From an uncultured Eubacteriales bacterium (GTDB lineage: Bacteria; Acidobacteriota; Aminicenantia; Aminicenantales; Aminicenantaceae): a stretch of 64,000 nt of DNA. The notes below the pieces were generated by a model. It made no database searches and was not told where the DNA came from. It saw only the letters and a list, made by a program, of their open reading frames with translations. Below, in pieces: positions 37,426 to 46,336 of the stretch (positions are counted from its first letter, which is position 1; each line of letters opens with the position of its first letter). The DNA is taken from assembly GCA_964429795.1 (NCBI GenBank), contig CAYSCW010000004.1:35939-99938 (forward strand), read 5' to 3'. The position numbers were made by a program, and so were the translations under genes.

Positions 37426-38118
37426 ATGCACCACATACATGAAGAGACAATCATCCAAGAGTGCGTAGCAAAGTTAAAAAGCGGAAAACTCGCACCCTGG
37501 AAAGTGGAAGAGGAAATCCAGAAAGAGTATGAAATCCCTTCTCCAAATAATTTCAAGATCGCCGCAGCATGCAGGCAGAAATTTATCGAAGAAGAGACAG
37601 GCGAAAAATTCGTCTTTATCTCCATCTCCTCCCAGCCTTACAAAGAACGGTACATCTGTGAGAATGACCATCTTGCCTGGGAACTCGACATTTCAGACAC
37701 GGATCTTACCTGTTCGCTATGCGGAACCGAACTGAAGCCTTTAGGACAATATGCTCCGCTGCTTGCCAACTATGTGGGAGGAGTAGAAGATTACTATTCT
37801 TATGGAGGGCGATTAAAGGTCAACGGCGACTTGGAGACAGAGTTGACAAGCCTTCTTGTCTATGGAACAGGAATGGGCCCGATGGGTGTGACCAGAGGAT
37901 GTTATATCATCAATAAATTTGGCGGGGCTGAGGTCAAGGTTTCACAGTTCGGCAGAGCAGCTCGTTCGCTTGGCTTGATCTTCAAGAACGAAGAGATGCG
38001 AAGGAAAGCCATATCGACAATCCAACTCTTCTTTCCCGAAGCCAAAGCCCGAATGCAGGAGAGAACAAGGAAGATATTATCTATAGGGTGGAGCTGCCTA
38101 ATATTGAAGCGGGAGTGA
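37426..38118 (+). CDS. Hypothetical protein; possible frameshift with a 63-codon ORF continuing in another frame at 38088-38279
   Basis: 230-aa ORF with a CxxC pair. It overlaps by 31 nt a short ORF whose translation (GREALRIMGIKTAKEFAASVASQVLAGEFNLALEI) looks like a conserved C-terminal helix rather than an independent gene. Confidence 0.3.
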   Translation: MHHIHEETIIQECVAKLKSGKLAPWKVEEEIQKEYEIPSPNNFKIAAACRQKFIEEETGEKFVFISISSQPYKERYICENDHLAWELDISDTDLTCSLCGTELKPLGQYAPLLANYVGGVEDYYSYGGRLKVNGDLETELTSLLVYGTGMGPMGVTRGCYIINKFGGAEVKVSQFGRAARSLGLIFKNEEMRRKAISTIQLFFPEAKARMQERTRKILSIGWSCLILKRE

Positions 38119-38351
38119 TCTCCTCCAGCGAAGGACTCATCCCTCCTACAGGACGTGAAGCATTGAGAATCATGGGAATTAAAACAGCAAAGGAATTCGC
38201 AGCTTCTGTAGCCTCCCAGGTTCTTGCCGGGGAATTCAACCTGGCCTTAGAGATATCCCGGGAAAAACTTTACAGTTGATTCATCTAGAATCTATAAATG
38301 AAAGATGTCCTTGTAGAAGATTGGAAGCATCCCCAAAACCGTGATGCAGTA

Positions 38352-38490
38352 ACAGTCAGGTAAGCTGATTCGTCAGCCCGCGGATTTTCCCCCAGCGAGG
38401 ATGGAGAGGAACCATGCCCGCTCGCCTCCGGATGACTTCCTCCCCAGCTTACCTGACTGCTGTTGAAATTGTCACAGAAATAAGGATGCT
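38352..38490 (+). repeat. Mosaic leader repeat, copy A: M1 and partial M2 enclosed by 15/16-bp inverted repeats, then a degenerate M3
   Basis: IR-L ACAGTCAGGTAAGCTG at 38352-38367 and IR-R CAGCTTACCTGACTG at 38445-38459 flank CGTCAGCCCGCGGATTTTCCCCCAGCGAGGATGGAGAGGAACC. The M3-like TCACAGAAATAAGGATGCT lies at 38472-38490. Confidence 0.7.
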
Positions 38491-38620
38491 TTTATGAAGA
38501 TTTGATATTTTCAAAAAAATATCATATAAATGAAATTCACATCATCGAATTTGCGTATTATCATACGAATTCACTATAAAATTAAATGCTTATTCAGACC
38601 CAGAAAAGAGGAGAGACAAA

Positions 38621-39019
38621 ATGAAAAAAATTATCTTCACTTTGACTTTCATGGTTTTTCTTCTGACACTTTTCAGCGCCACCTCTTTCTCTCAAGATGT
38701 CGACCTGAGTGGAAAATGGGTAGGAACGACAGAGGTTCCCGAACAAGGAGCGGATGAAGTCACCCTTACACTCCAGAAAGACAACGGAGAATACTTGGGA
38801 ACAATTTCCGATTCATTGGGAATGGCCCAAGACGAGGAATGTAAGGATATTGAATTTAAAGAGGGAACTCTTACTTTCTATTTCACTATTTTCGACGGAA
38901 ACGAATATATGACAGTTTACATGAGCCTGACTGTTGAAGAGGGTAAGATGAGCGGATACTGGGAAATCGAAGATGGGGCCTCTGGTTCTATTGAGCTGGA
39001 AAAGAAAGGAAACAGGTAA
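38621..39019 (+). CDS. Small secreted hypothetical protein
   Basis: 132 aa; signal peptide MKKIIFTLTFMVFLLTLFSATSFSQ; GAGAGACAAAATG RBS region. No recognisable catalytic motif. Confidence 0.45.
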   Translation: MKKIIFTLTFMVFLLTLFSATSFSQDVDLSGKWVGTTEVPEQGADEVTLTLQKDNGEYLGTISDSLGMAQDEECKDIEFKEGTLTFYFTIFDGNEYMTVYMSLTVEEGKMSGYWEIEDGASGSIELEKKGNR

Positions 39020-39137
39020 TTCTCTTAAAATAAAAAAAATCAATTGTCATCAATAGAGCAGGCGGTAAGATCTATGGATGCAGCATGCCATAGACAGCGC
39101 AAACACTTGCAATAGGCTAATAAGGGAAGGAATCATC

Positions 39138-39920
39138 TCAACCCTCTAATCTCCGGAATTGCTCGATGACGAACCCAGAAATCAAATCCAGCATCTTTTC
39201 AAAGCCATCTAAATTTGTATACCTGTGATCAGCCCCCTGGATAATTTCTAACCGGCAATTCTTTATGAGAGCAGATGCTCTCTGGCTTTGGCGAAGGGGA
39301 ACCGTTTCATCTTCACTCCCGTGAACGATCAAGGTAGGGACCTTGATTTTCTTACAACAGGCGTAGCCGTTGACTCTCTCTGCATCCTCGAAAAAGGAAT
39401 AACTCAATCCGAGTTCTTCTCCATCTGGAGTGAATACAGATAGAACCCCCTTATCCTTCCAGCTTTTTATGATTTTTTCATCGTGGCCAGCCACCAGTTT
39501 TCCCATGTAATCGGAAACAGGAGATTTCAAGGCTAAGAAAAGAATATCTCTCGTCTTGGAAACAGCTATCAGGCTGGCCATTCCCCCAAAGCTCGAACCA
39601 ACCAGGCCTATTTCGACATACCTTAACCCCTTCAAGAATTTGAGGGCACTGAGAACATCGTCGGCCGCTTCAGAGATGGTTATCTCCTCAAACTTGCCCT
39701 CACTTTCCCCGTGGCCAAAGAAATCAAACCGGAAGGTGGAGATTTGACTATTGTTTAAAATTTCCTCTAGCCGGACGTTTGTCCTGCTCTCTTTGCTTGA
39801 GGAAAATCCATGACACAAAATAGTCACGCGTCCTTTATTGCGAGCACTGGGCTCTGAGAGAATTCCGCTAAGCCTGTGACCTCTGCTGCTTTTAAAGAAG
39901 ACCTTATTTTCCATGTCCAA
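39138..39920 (-). CDS. Alpha/beta hydrolase (dienelactone-hydrolase / S9 peptidase-like)
   Basis: GxSxG nucleophile elbow (GSSFGG) and HGxxD regions; 260 aa. Confidence 0.65.
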   Translation of the reverse strand: MDMENKVFFKSSRGHRLSGILSEPSARNKGRVTILCHGFSSSKESRTNVRLEEILNNSQISTFRFDFFGHGESEGKFEEITISEAADDVLSALKFLKGLRYVEIGLVGSSFGGMASLIAVSKTRDILFLALKSPVSDYMGKLVAGHDEKIIKSWKDKGVLSVFTPDGEELGLSYSFFEDAERVNGYACCKKIKVPTLIVHGSEDETVPLRQSQRASALIKNCRLEIIQGADHRYTNLDGFEKMLDLISGFVIEQFRRLEG

Positions 39921-39955
39921 GGATAAGAAAGAAAATATTAGGGTTATTCTTTTGA

Positions 39956-40750
39956 CTACTTCCCTCTGAACTTGCCCTTTCTTTTCTCCAGGAAAGCAGA
40001 AACACCTTCCTTTTTATCCTCAGTTGTACAAGAGAGAGCATGCAGATAAGATTCAAGAGTATAGCCTGAAGTGGTTCCTCCTTCCTGACTTCTATTCACC
40101 GCATCCTTGGCAAATCTCACGGCCAAGGGTGGTCTGGAGGCGATTCTACGGGCAAGCTCTATCGCTTTCTCCTGTAACTGATCATGGGGATAAACTTTAT
40201 TCACCAGCCCAATCCGATAGGCTTCCTCAGCGTCGATGAAATCTCCGGTGAGAATCATCTCCATAGCCCGACCCGAACCTACCAGCCGGGGCAAACGCTG
40301 AGTTCCTCCATCTCCTGGAATGATGCCCAGTTTAACTTCCGGTGCACCAAACTGAGCCTTCTCTGATGCGATGCGAATGGAACAGGCCAAAGCCAGCTCC
40401 AGCCCTCCTCCTAATGCGTATCCATTAACAGCGGCGATAACCGGGATATGCAAATTCTCGATGAACGAAAAAATCTCCTGTCTTTCCCGAGAGACTCTCC
40501 TCCCCATTCGCGCATCCCTGTCCACCAACTCACTTATATCCGCTCCGGCCACAAAAGCCTTGTCCCCTGCTCCGGTGATAATCAGCACTCTGATTTCTTC
40601 ATCATTTTCCAAATCTTCAAGAAACTTTTTCAACTCTTTTGTCAACTCATTGGAGATAGCGTTCAGCTTCTCGGGACGGTTGATGGTCAAAATTCCGATG
40701 TTTTCTTTTTTTTCATAAGCGAGTGTTTTATACATAATTTCACTCCTCAC
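39956..40750 (-). CDS. Enoyl-CoA hydratase (crotonase)
   Basis: ILTINRPEKLNAI, AGADI and ALGGGLELALACS crotonase motifs; 264 aa; 3 nt from the ACAD gene. Confidence 0.8.
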   Translation of the reverse strand: MRSEIMYKTLAYEKKENIGILTINRPEKLNAISNELTKELKKFLEDLENDEEIRVLIITGAGDKAFVAGADISELVDRDARMGRRVSRERQEIFSFIENLHIPVIAAVNGYALGGGLELALACSIRIASEKAQFGAPEVKLGIIPGDGGTQRLPRLVGSGRAMEMILTGDFIDAEEAYRIGLVNKVYPHDQLQEKAIELARRIASRPPLAVRFAKDAVNRSQEGGTTSGYTLESYLHALSCTTEDKKEGVSAFLEKRKGKFRGK

Positions 40751-40752
40751 TG

Positions 40753-41907
40753 TCAGGTGAAGGCTTTGATTCCAAGCTCAAAGGCACCGATTATCAGTTG
40801 TTGGATTTGAGATGTCCCTTCATAAAGGGTGTTGATTCGGGCATCCCGGTAGAAGCGTTCAACATCATATTCCCCTGAAAAACCATATCCCCCATGGATC
40901 TGAGTGGCTTTGTAAGCCACTCGGTTTGCCATCTCACTGCAATAATATTTAGCAATAGATGTCTCCCTTGTGTTGCGCACTCCTTTATTCTTCAAATCTC
41001 CAGCGCGGTAAACGAGAAGACGTCCAGCCTCGCATTCAACCACCATGTCAGCAATCAGCTGCTGAATGAGCTGAAAGCTGGCTATGGGTTTGCCGAACTG
41101 AATTCTCTGCTGGGCATATTCTTTGCAGATATCTATACAGCCTTGGGCCAATCCTACACAACCTGCAGCCACGGTATAACGGCCGAAATCAAGCGTGCCC
41201 AGAGCAACCTTAAAACCTTTATTGACCTCGCCCAAAACATTTTCTTTGGGGACTTTGCAGTTCTCCAAGAAAATTTCGCCTGTGTTGGAGGCCCGAAGAC
41301 CCAGCTTATCATGGAGGTCCCTTGTGGAATACCCCTCAAATTCTCTTTCCACCAGAAATCCAGTGATCCCCCTTGCTCCTGCTTCCTTATCCGTCTTGGC
41401 GTAGACAATGGCCAAATCCGCGATCCCTGCATTGGTGATCCATGTCTTCTGGCCATTAAGAAGGAAATGATCTCCTTTATCCTCGGCTGTGGAGATCATG
41501 CTAGCAGGATCACTTCCTGCATTGGGCTCTGTCAGACCATAACAGCCAATCCATTCTCCACTGGCCAGCTTGGGAAGGCACTTCTTCTTCTGTTCCTCTG
41601 TTCCGTATTTAAATATGGGAAGCTCCACCAGGGAAACCTGAACGGAATAGGTTCCCCGCATGGATGAATCCACTCTGCCTATCTCCTCTGCCACTATAGC
41701 ATGACTAATGTAATCAAATCCTGCCCCGCCGTATTCTTCAGGAATGGGAGTCCCCATAAAACCCAAATCTGCAAGTTTTTTAAACAACTCACGAGGAAAA
41801 TGGCCCTTTTTGTCATTCTCAGAAGCGACCGGGGCGATTTCTTCTTTGGCAAACTTGCGGATGGTCTCCTGGATCATCCTTTGTTCTTCGTTTAAATCAA
41901 AATCCAT
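40753..41907 (-). CDS. Acyl-CoA dehydrogenase (short/medium-chain type)
   Basis: ACAD N-terminus DFDLNEEQRMIQETIRKFAKEEIAP and a C-terminal QIHGGYGF(S)GEY motif; 384 aa. Confidence 0.85.
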   Translation of the reverse strand: MDFDLNEEQRMIQETIRKFAKEEIAPVASENDKKGHFPRELFKKLADLGFMGTPIPEEYGGAGFDYISHAIVAEEIGRVDSSMRGTYSVQVSLVELPIFKYGTEEQKKKCLPKLASGEWIGCYGLTEPNAGSDPASMISTAEDKGDHFLLNGQKTWITNAGIADLAIVYAKTDKEAGARGITGFLVEREFEGYSTRDLHDKLGLRASNTGEIFLENCKVPKENVLGEVNKGFKVALGTLDFGRYTVAAGCVGLAQGCIDICKEYAQQRIQFGKPIASFQLIQQLIADMVVECEAGRLLVYRAGDLKNKGVRNTRETSIAKYYCSEMANRVAYKATQIHGGYGFSGEYDVERFYRDARINTLYEGTSQIQQLIIGAFELGIKAFT

Positions 41908-42000
41908 GGCTTACTCCTTTCCAGAACAAAACACCTCATCGGGACGAGATGTCTTGTGTGCATATTCCCTAAAATCTCAGGATAACTGACGAGGTATGTG

Positions 42001-42852
42001 TTAATATTTATAAAATCCTTCGCCTGTTTTCTTCCCTAACTTACCTTCTTCGACCATTTTCTTGATGATCTCTGGAGGCTTGTAGCGCTCGTCCTTGAGT
42101 TTGGCAAAGAGCGTTTCCATTTTAGAGAGGTGAATATCCAAGCCAATCATATCGATTAGAGCCAGAGGACCCATAGGAAGGCCTGCTCCTAACTTCATGG
42201 CCTCATCGATATCCTGGGCGCTGGCCACCCCATTTTCATAAACAATGGCCGCCTCATTCAAAAGGGAAGCCAGAATGCGGCTGACAATCCCAGCAGGAGC
42301 CTCTTTGAAAGTTGCGACAGGAATTTTACCCAACTTCTCGGCAAACTTTTTCGTAGTTTCTACGGTTTCATCAGAAGTCTTCTCCCCGCGAATGATTTCC
42401 ACCAGTTTCATGATCACCGCAGGATTGAAAAAATGCATGCCTATGATTTTCTCGGGTCTGGAAGTGGCTGAGGCAATTTCACTCACGGAAAGAGCTGTAG
42501 TGTTTGTGGCCAGTATGGTTTCCGGTTGACAGATGGCATCCAGTTTCCCGAAAATATCCTTCTTGATACCAATCTCTTCAGAGACTGCCTCTACAACAAA
42601 GTCACTATCGCCGGCAAGATTCAAATCCGTGGACCACTTTATTCTTGAGAAAACCAAGTCCATTTCTTCTTGAGTAATCTTTCCTTTCTCCACTCTTCTG
42701 CTGAGTCCAGCACTGACTTTTGATCGTGCCCTGCCGATGATATCTTCTGAAATGTCGACCACAGTTACTTCATACGCTTGCTGGGAACAGAGCTGTCCGA
42801 TGCCAGACCCCATGATCCCTGCTCCCACGACGAACGGTTTTTTAATGTCCAT
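42001..42852 (-). CDS. hbd: 3-hydroxybutyryl-CoA dehydrogenase
   Basis: VVGAGIMGSGIGQ NAD-binding motif and the 3HCDH catalytic region; 283 aa. Confidence 0.85.
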   Translation of the reverse strand: MDIKKPFVVGAGIMGSGIGQLCSQQAYEVTVVDISEDIIGRARSKVSAGLSRRVEKGKITQEEMDLVFSRIKWSTDLNLAGDSDFVVEAVSEEIGIKKDIFGKLDAICQPETILATNTTALSVSEIASATSRPEKIIGMHFFNPAVIMKLVEIIRGEKTSDETVETTKKFAEKLGKIPVATFKEAPAGIVSRILASLLNEAAIVYENGVASAQDIDEAMKLGAGLPMGPLALIDMIGLDIHLSKMETLFAKLKDERYKPPEIIKKMVEEGKLGKKTGEGFYKY

Positions 42853-42967
42853 TTTACTTCCTCCCTATTTATAAAATTGAGGACAAAAAATTTGCTTGCA
42901 TCTTTTGTGCATCAATTGGATTGAACTGACTCTCCAGAAAAAAGGACGAAAAAGCTCTCCCTGTGCT

Positions 42968-44152
42968 CTAATTGAGCCTTTCTACCACCATGGCCACGCC
43001 CTGGCCTCCACCGATGCAAAGGCTGACCAGTCCAAGGTTCTTTTTCCTGTCCTCTAAGGCATAAATCAAGGTGGTTAAAATTTTTGCTCCTGTGGCTCCG
43101 ACCGGATGGCCCAAGGCTATGGCTCCTCCGTGGACGTTGACCTTGGCCCGGTCCCACTTAAGCTCTCTCTCCACGGCCAGAATCTGAGCAGCAAAGGCCT
43201 CATTGAGCTCTATCAGGTCAATATCCTCAAGATTAAGGTCTGCTCGTTTCAAGGCTTTGTTAACGGCTGGCACTGGTCCCATTCCCATGATGGCTGGATC
43301 GACACCAGCATGGGCGTAAGAAATCACCCGGGCTAAAGGTTTAACCCCTAGTTCAGAGGCTTTCTCCTCCTTCATCACCAAAACCGCTGCAGCAGCATCA
43401 CAGAGAGCACAGCTATTCCCGGCTGTGACTGAGCCGTCTTTTTTAAACACAGGGGGGAGTTTGGCCAATTTATCCAAGGTGACTCCCTCCCTGGGAATCT
43501 CTTCGGTATCGAAAATCTCTGTCTTTCCCCTGCCCACAGGAACTTCAACAGGAAGGGTTTCTTCCTTAAACTTTCCTTCCTTTACGGCTTGAACTGCTTT
43601 GTTTTGACTCTCCACGGCAAATGTGTCCTGTTCTTCGCGGTTTAGGTTATACTTCCCCACCAGTGTCTCCGCTGTTACTCCCATCAGGTGGCCAGCTAAA
43701 GGACACATGAATCCATCGTGGTGCATGACATCAATGAGCTTGCTGTCTCCTATACGATTCCCCCACCGCGCTCCTGCAGCGATGTAAGGAATCTGGGATG
43801 TGTTTTCAGCACCGCCTGCAAGGACAATCTCAGCATCACCAGCCTTGATCATTTGAACCGCAAGCGACACCGCACGCAAGGAAGAACCACACCGTTTGTT
43901 CACCGTGAAAGCCGGGACCTCATGAGGTAATCCTCCTTTGACAGTAGCTAACCGACCGATGTTCGGCCCCAACCCTGCCTGCCATCCTGTTCCAAAGACC
44001 ACTTCTTCCACCTGGGAAGGTTCAATCCCTGCTCTGCGAACAGCCGCTTTAAGAATCAAAGCTCCTAACTCGACGGCCGAAACTTCCATGAATGATCCTC
44101 CGAACTTTCCGCCTGCGGTTCGAACAGCACTGGCAATGACGATTTTACTCAT
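42968..44152 (-). CDS. Acetyl-CoA C-acetyltransferase (thiolase II)
   Basis: N-terminus VIASAVRTAGGKFGGS and a C-terminal GGGQG active-site region; 394 aa; AAGAAGGGAGG RBS. Confidence 0.85.
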   Translation of the reverse strand: MSKIVIASAVRTAGGKFGGSFMEVSAVELGALILKAAVRRAGIEPSQVEEVVFGTGWQAGLGPNIGRLATVKGGLPHEVPAFTVNKRCGSSLRAVSLAVQMIKAGDAEIVLAGGAENTSQIPYIAAGARWGNRIGDSKLIDVMHHDGFMCPLAGHLMGVTAETLVGKYNLNREEQDTFAVESQNKAVQAVKEGKFKEETLPVEVPVGRGKTEIFDTEEIPREGVTLDKLAKLPPVFKKDGSVTAGNSCALCDAAAAVLVMKEEKASELGVKPLARVISYAHAGVDPAIMGMGPVPAVNKALKRADLNLEDIDLIELNEAFAAQILAVERELKWDRAKVNVHGGAIALGHPVGATGAKILTTLIYALEDRKKNLGLVSLCIGGGQGVAMVVERLN

Positions 44153-44260
44153 ATAAACCTCCCTTCTTTAGTAGGACAGTCCTTTTTTTGTAAAAGGGGC
44201 AGTCCTCTTTTTAACAAAGGCCTACAATTATATTTATGCTTCATAACCTCTGTCAACAAA

Positions 44261-45790
44261 TTAGTCTTTTTGTCCCTCCTCTTTTTCTCTCTTTGTGGGG
44301 CGAAAGAGACGAAGGAGATCGGATAATTTGCCTTTGATGTATCCTTCTCGCACAAAATATGGTCCTTCTTCAGGCTTGATCCATTTGATGTATTTACCTC
44401 TTTTAAGATCATGAGGGCCTTTTGCTATCCCGATCCTGAAATCACCATCTTTTGTCTGGACAATGGCCACATTGACTTTCTCATCCTCTGGCGAAGTGTA
44501 TTGGGTGGCCGCAATAATCTTGTCTTTCCGAGGGGACTTGCGGAGGGTAAGATCTCTAGGAATAGATTGTGGTAGATAATCTTCTTTGAGACCTTCCTTC
44601 TGTCTTGTGGGTTCACTCCTTTCCACAATTCCTACAACACAGGTGTTCCCGTATCCACTCATGTTGAACCAGAGTCCATAATTCAGACCGTAAGGATCAT
44701 CCTTAAACATCTCTCTGTATTGTTTATGACCTCTCAGTTGCCAGACGAGCTCCACAAGTTGCGCACCTCCTGAAGCCCCCAAAGGGTGAGTCCTGGCCAA
44801 AAAACCGCCAGAACGATTGACGAAGGTCCTTCTGCCCATCCTGTTTTTTTCATCTAGAACTACTTTGTACCCTCCTCCTCTATCTGCCAAGCCCAAATCT
44901 TCCGCAACCACCCAGGGGACAGGCTTGAAGGCATCGTGAAGTTCGCAGGTGTCGATCTCATGAGGATTAAGACGAGCCTCCCGGAAGGCAGCTCTTCCTG
45001 CCAACACTGCCGCTTCCATAGAAATCAGAGTATTCCTTTCAGCAATCCTGATATTATCGAAGGCAGATTTGACGGATGAGACTTTTATGTCGGTGGGGGA
45101 AGGAATAAGATAGGCAGCTCCAGCTCCGTTGTAGGAACCGCTACAATCAAATTTTGTCAGAGGCTTGGCAATTACTCTGTTAAGATCAGGATCATTATAC
45201 TCTTTGCGGGTGATGGGATTTCTGAAATAAGCGATGTCGTTTAGGGATCCAAACTCGAGGCTGCAAACGCTCATCTGGAAGCAGATATTTTTAAATTTCT
45301 TTTCCGAAATTTTATAGGCATCCATGTATTCGTAGGAAGCGAGGGCTGCCACAGCTGGCATCTCTCCCAAACCCCGTTCCCTTTCTTCCTCTGCAATCAC
45401 CGTGGAAATCTGGCCAGGGATCTCCTCGTTCTTGAGCTTTCCCTTCATCTTCTCCCCAAAACAGACTAAGACCTTTAATCCAGAGGAGACCAGCCTTCTC
45501 CCCAACTCCACAGCCCCGGCCCCAGTGGCTGAACCCAGCTCCACATGGTAGATCTCTGTGTCTTTTGCCAATTCCAGCTCCATTCCGACCAGCGAATCCA
45601 GCCCTGTCTGTCTGGCAAAACCGATCGGATCCATACAGCCGATGACCAAACAGTCAGGAACGATATCAGAAGTAAAGCGCTTCGAATCCTGAAGCGCTTT
45701 CCGGCAGGCATCAGCCAGCATCCCTCCGATGGGTCTGAAATCTTTTCCGAAAGGAGTCAAACAGACTCCTGCGACATAGACGTCACTCAA
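44261..45790 (-). CDS. SCPx-type thiolase-like domain fused to a C-terminal DUF35-like OB-fold domain
   Basis: The N-terminal ~390 aa are thiolase-like (VAGVCLTPFG...). The C-terminal ~110 aa (NVAIVQTKDGDFRIGIAKGPHDLKRGKYIKWIKPEEG) resemble the DUF35 OB-fold half, without a zinc ribbon. Confidence 0.55.
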   Translation of the reverse strand: MSDVYVAGVCLTPFGKDFRPIGGMLADACRKALQDSKRFTSDIVPDCLVIGCMDPIGFARQTGLDSLVGMELELAKDTEIYHVELGSATGAGAVELGRRLVSSGLKVLVCFGEKMKGKLKNEEIPGQISTVIAEEERERGLGEMPAVAALASYEYMDAYKISEKKFKNICFQMSVCSLEFGSLNDIAYFRNPITRKEYNDPDLNRVIAKPLTKFDCSGSYNGAGAAYLIPSPTDIKVSSVKSAFDNIRIAERNTLISMEAAVLAGRAAFREARLNPHEIDTCELHDAFKPVPWVVAEDLGLADRGGGYKVVLDEKNRMGRRTFVNRSGGFLARTHPLGASGGAQLVELVWQLRGHKQYREMFKDDPYGLNYGLWFNMSGYGNTCVVGIVERSEPTRQKEGLKEDYLPQSIPRDLTLRKSPRKDKIIAATQYTSPEDEKVNVAIVQTKDGDFRIGIAKGPHDLKRGKYIKWIKPEEGPYFVREGYIKGKLSDLLRLFRPTKREKEEGQKD

Positions 45791-45826
45791 CAGCGTGTCC
45801 CTTTGAAAAAGCTCGATTTGTTTTCC

Positions 45827-46021
45827 TTAATATTTTTTTCCTTTTTTGCCGATAAGAAAGCCGATGAGCAAACCGACGATCATGGATAAAGAAATCAGTA
45901 TAATTCGGGACATACTCAGCTTCCAGAAGAACAGCTGCACAATCACCACCTGTGTGTTCTGAATGAGTATGATCGCCAATAAAACAATCAGGATTAAAAT
46001 GATGATAGTTTTGGCCTTCAT
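45827..46021 (-). CDS. Small inner-membrane protein, LapA/YciS (DUF1049)-like
   Basis: 64 aa; two TM helices with the QN..V.V.F.F pattern between them. Confidence 0.4.
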   Translation of the reverse strand: MKAKTIIILILIVLLAIILIQNTQVVIVQLFFWKLSMSRIILISLSMIVGLLIGFLIGKKGKKY

Positions 46022-46336
46022 GTTTATATCCCCTCCTTAAATTTACATGTGAATGAAGGAAATTGATCCCTCATCAGATCTTTTTATTTTGACCTTTTGG
46101 AAGGATAACCCGAACAGCAAATTTATTCAATCTTTATTAGTCCTTCTGAGAGAAAACTCGAGATTCTATAAGATTATGCCTGCCTTTAAAGTTTTCTCTA
46201 TTTTCACTCGCCTTTGGATATTGATGCTCCTCTTGGAGCATGATTTACGTGTCTGTGAACTTTTAAGACAACTCCCTTCTTCTTCCCCCACTATACTTCG
46301 CCGACAAAAAATGGATAATAGAGAAGAAGATCATGG

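Noticed and set aside
40894-41667. 257-aa ORF antisense to the acyl-CoA dehydrogenase gene
   Set aside because: Shadow ORF. The ACAD reading frame on the minus strand has canonical motifs along its whole length.
44153-44260. Direct repeats GGACAGTCCTTTTTTT and GGCAGTCCTCTTTTT between the two thiolase genes, a possible terminator
   Set aside because: The T-runs follow the hairpins on the plus strand, but both flanking genes are on the minus strand. On that strand the runs precede the stems, so it does not work as an intrinsic terminator for either gene. It may be a regulator site, but the evidence is too weak to list.
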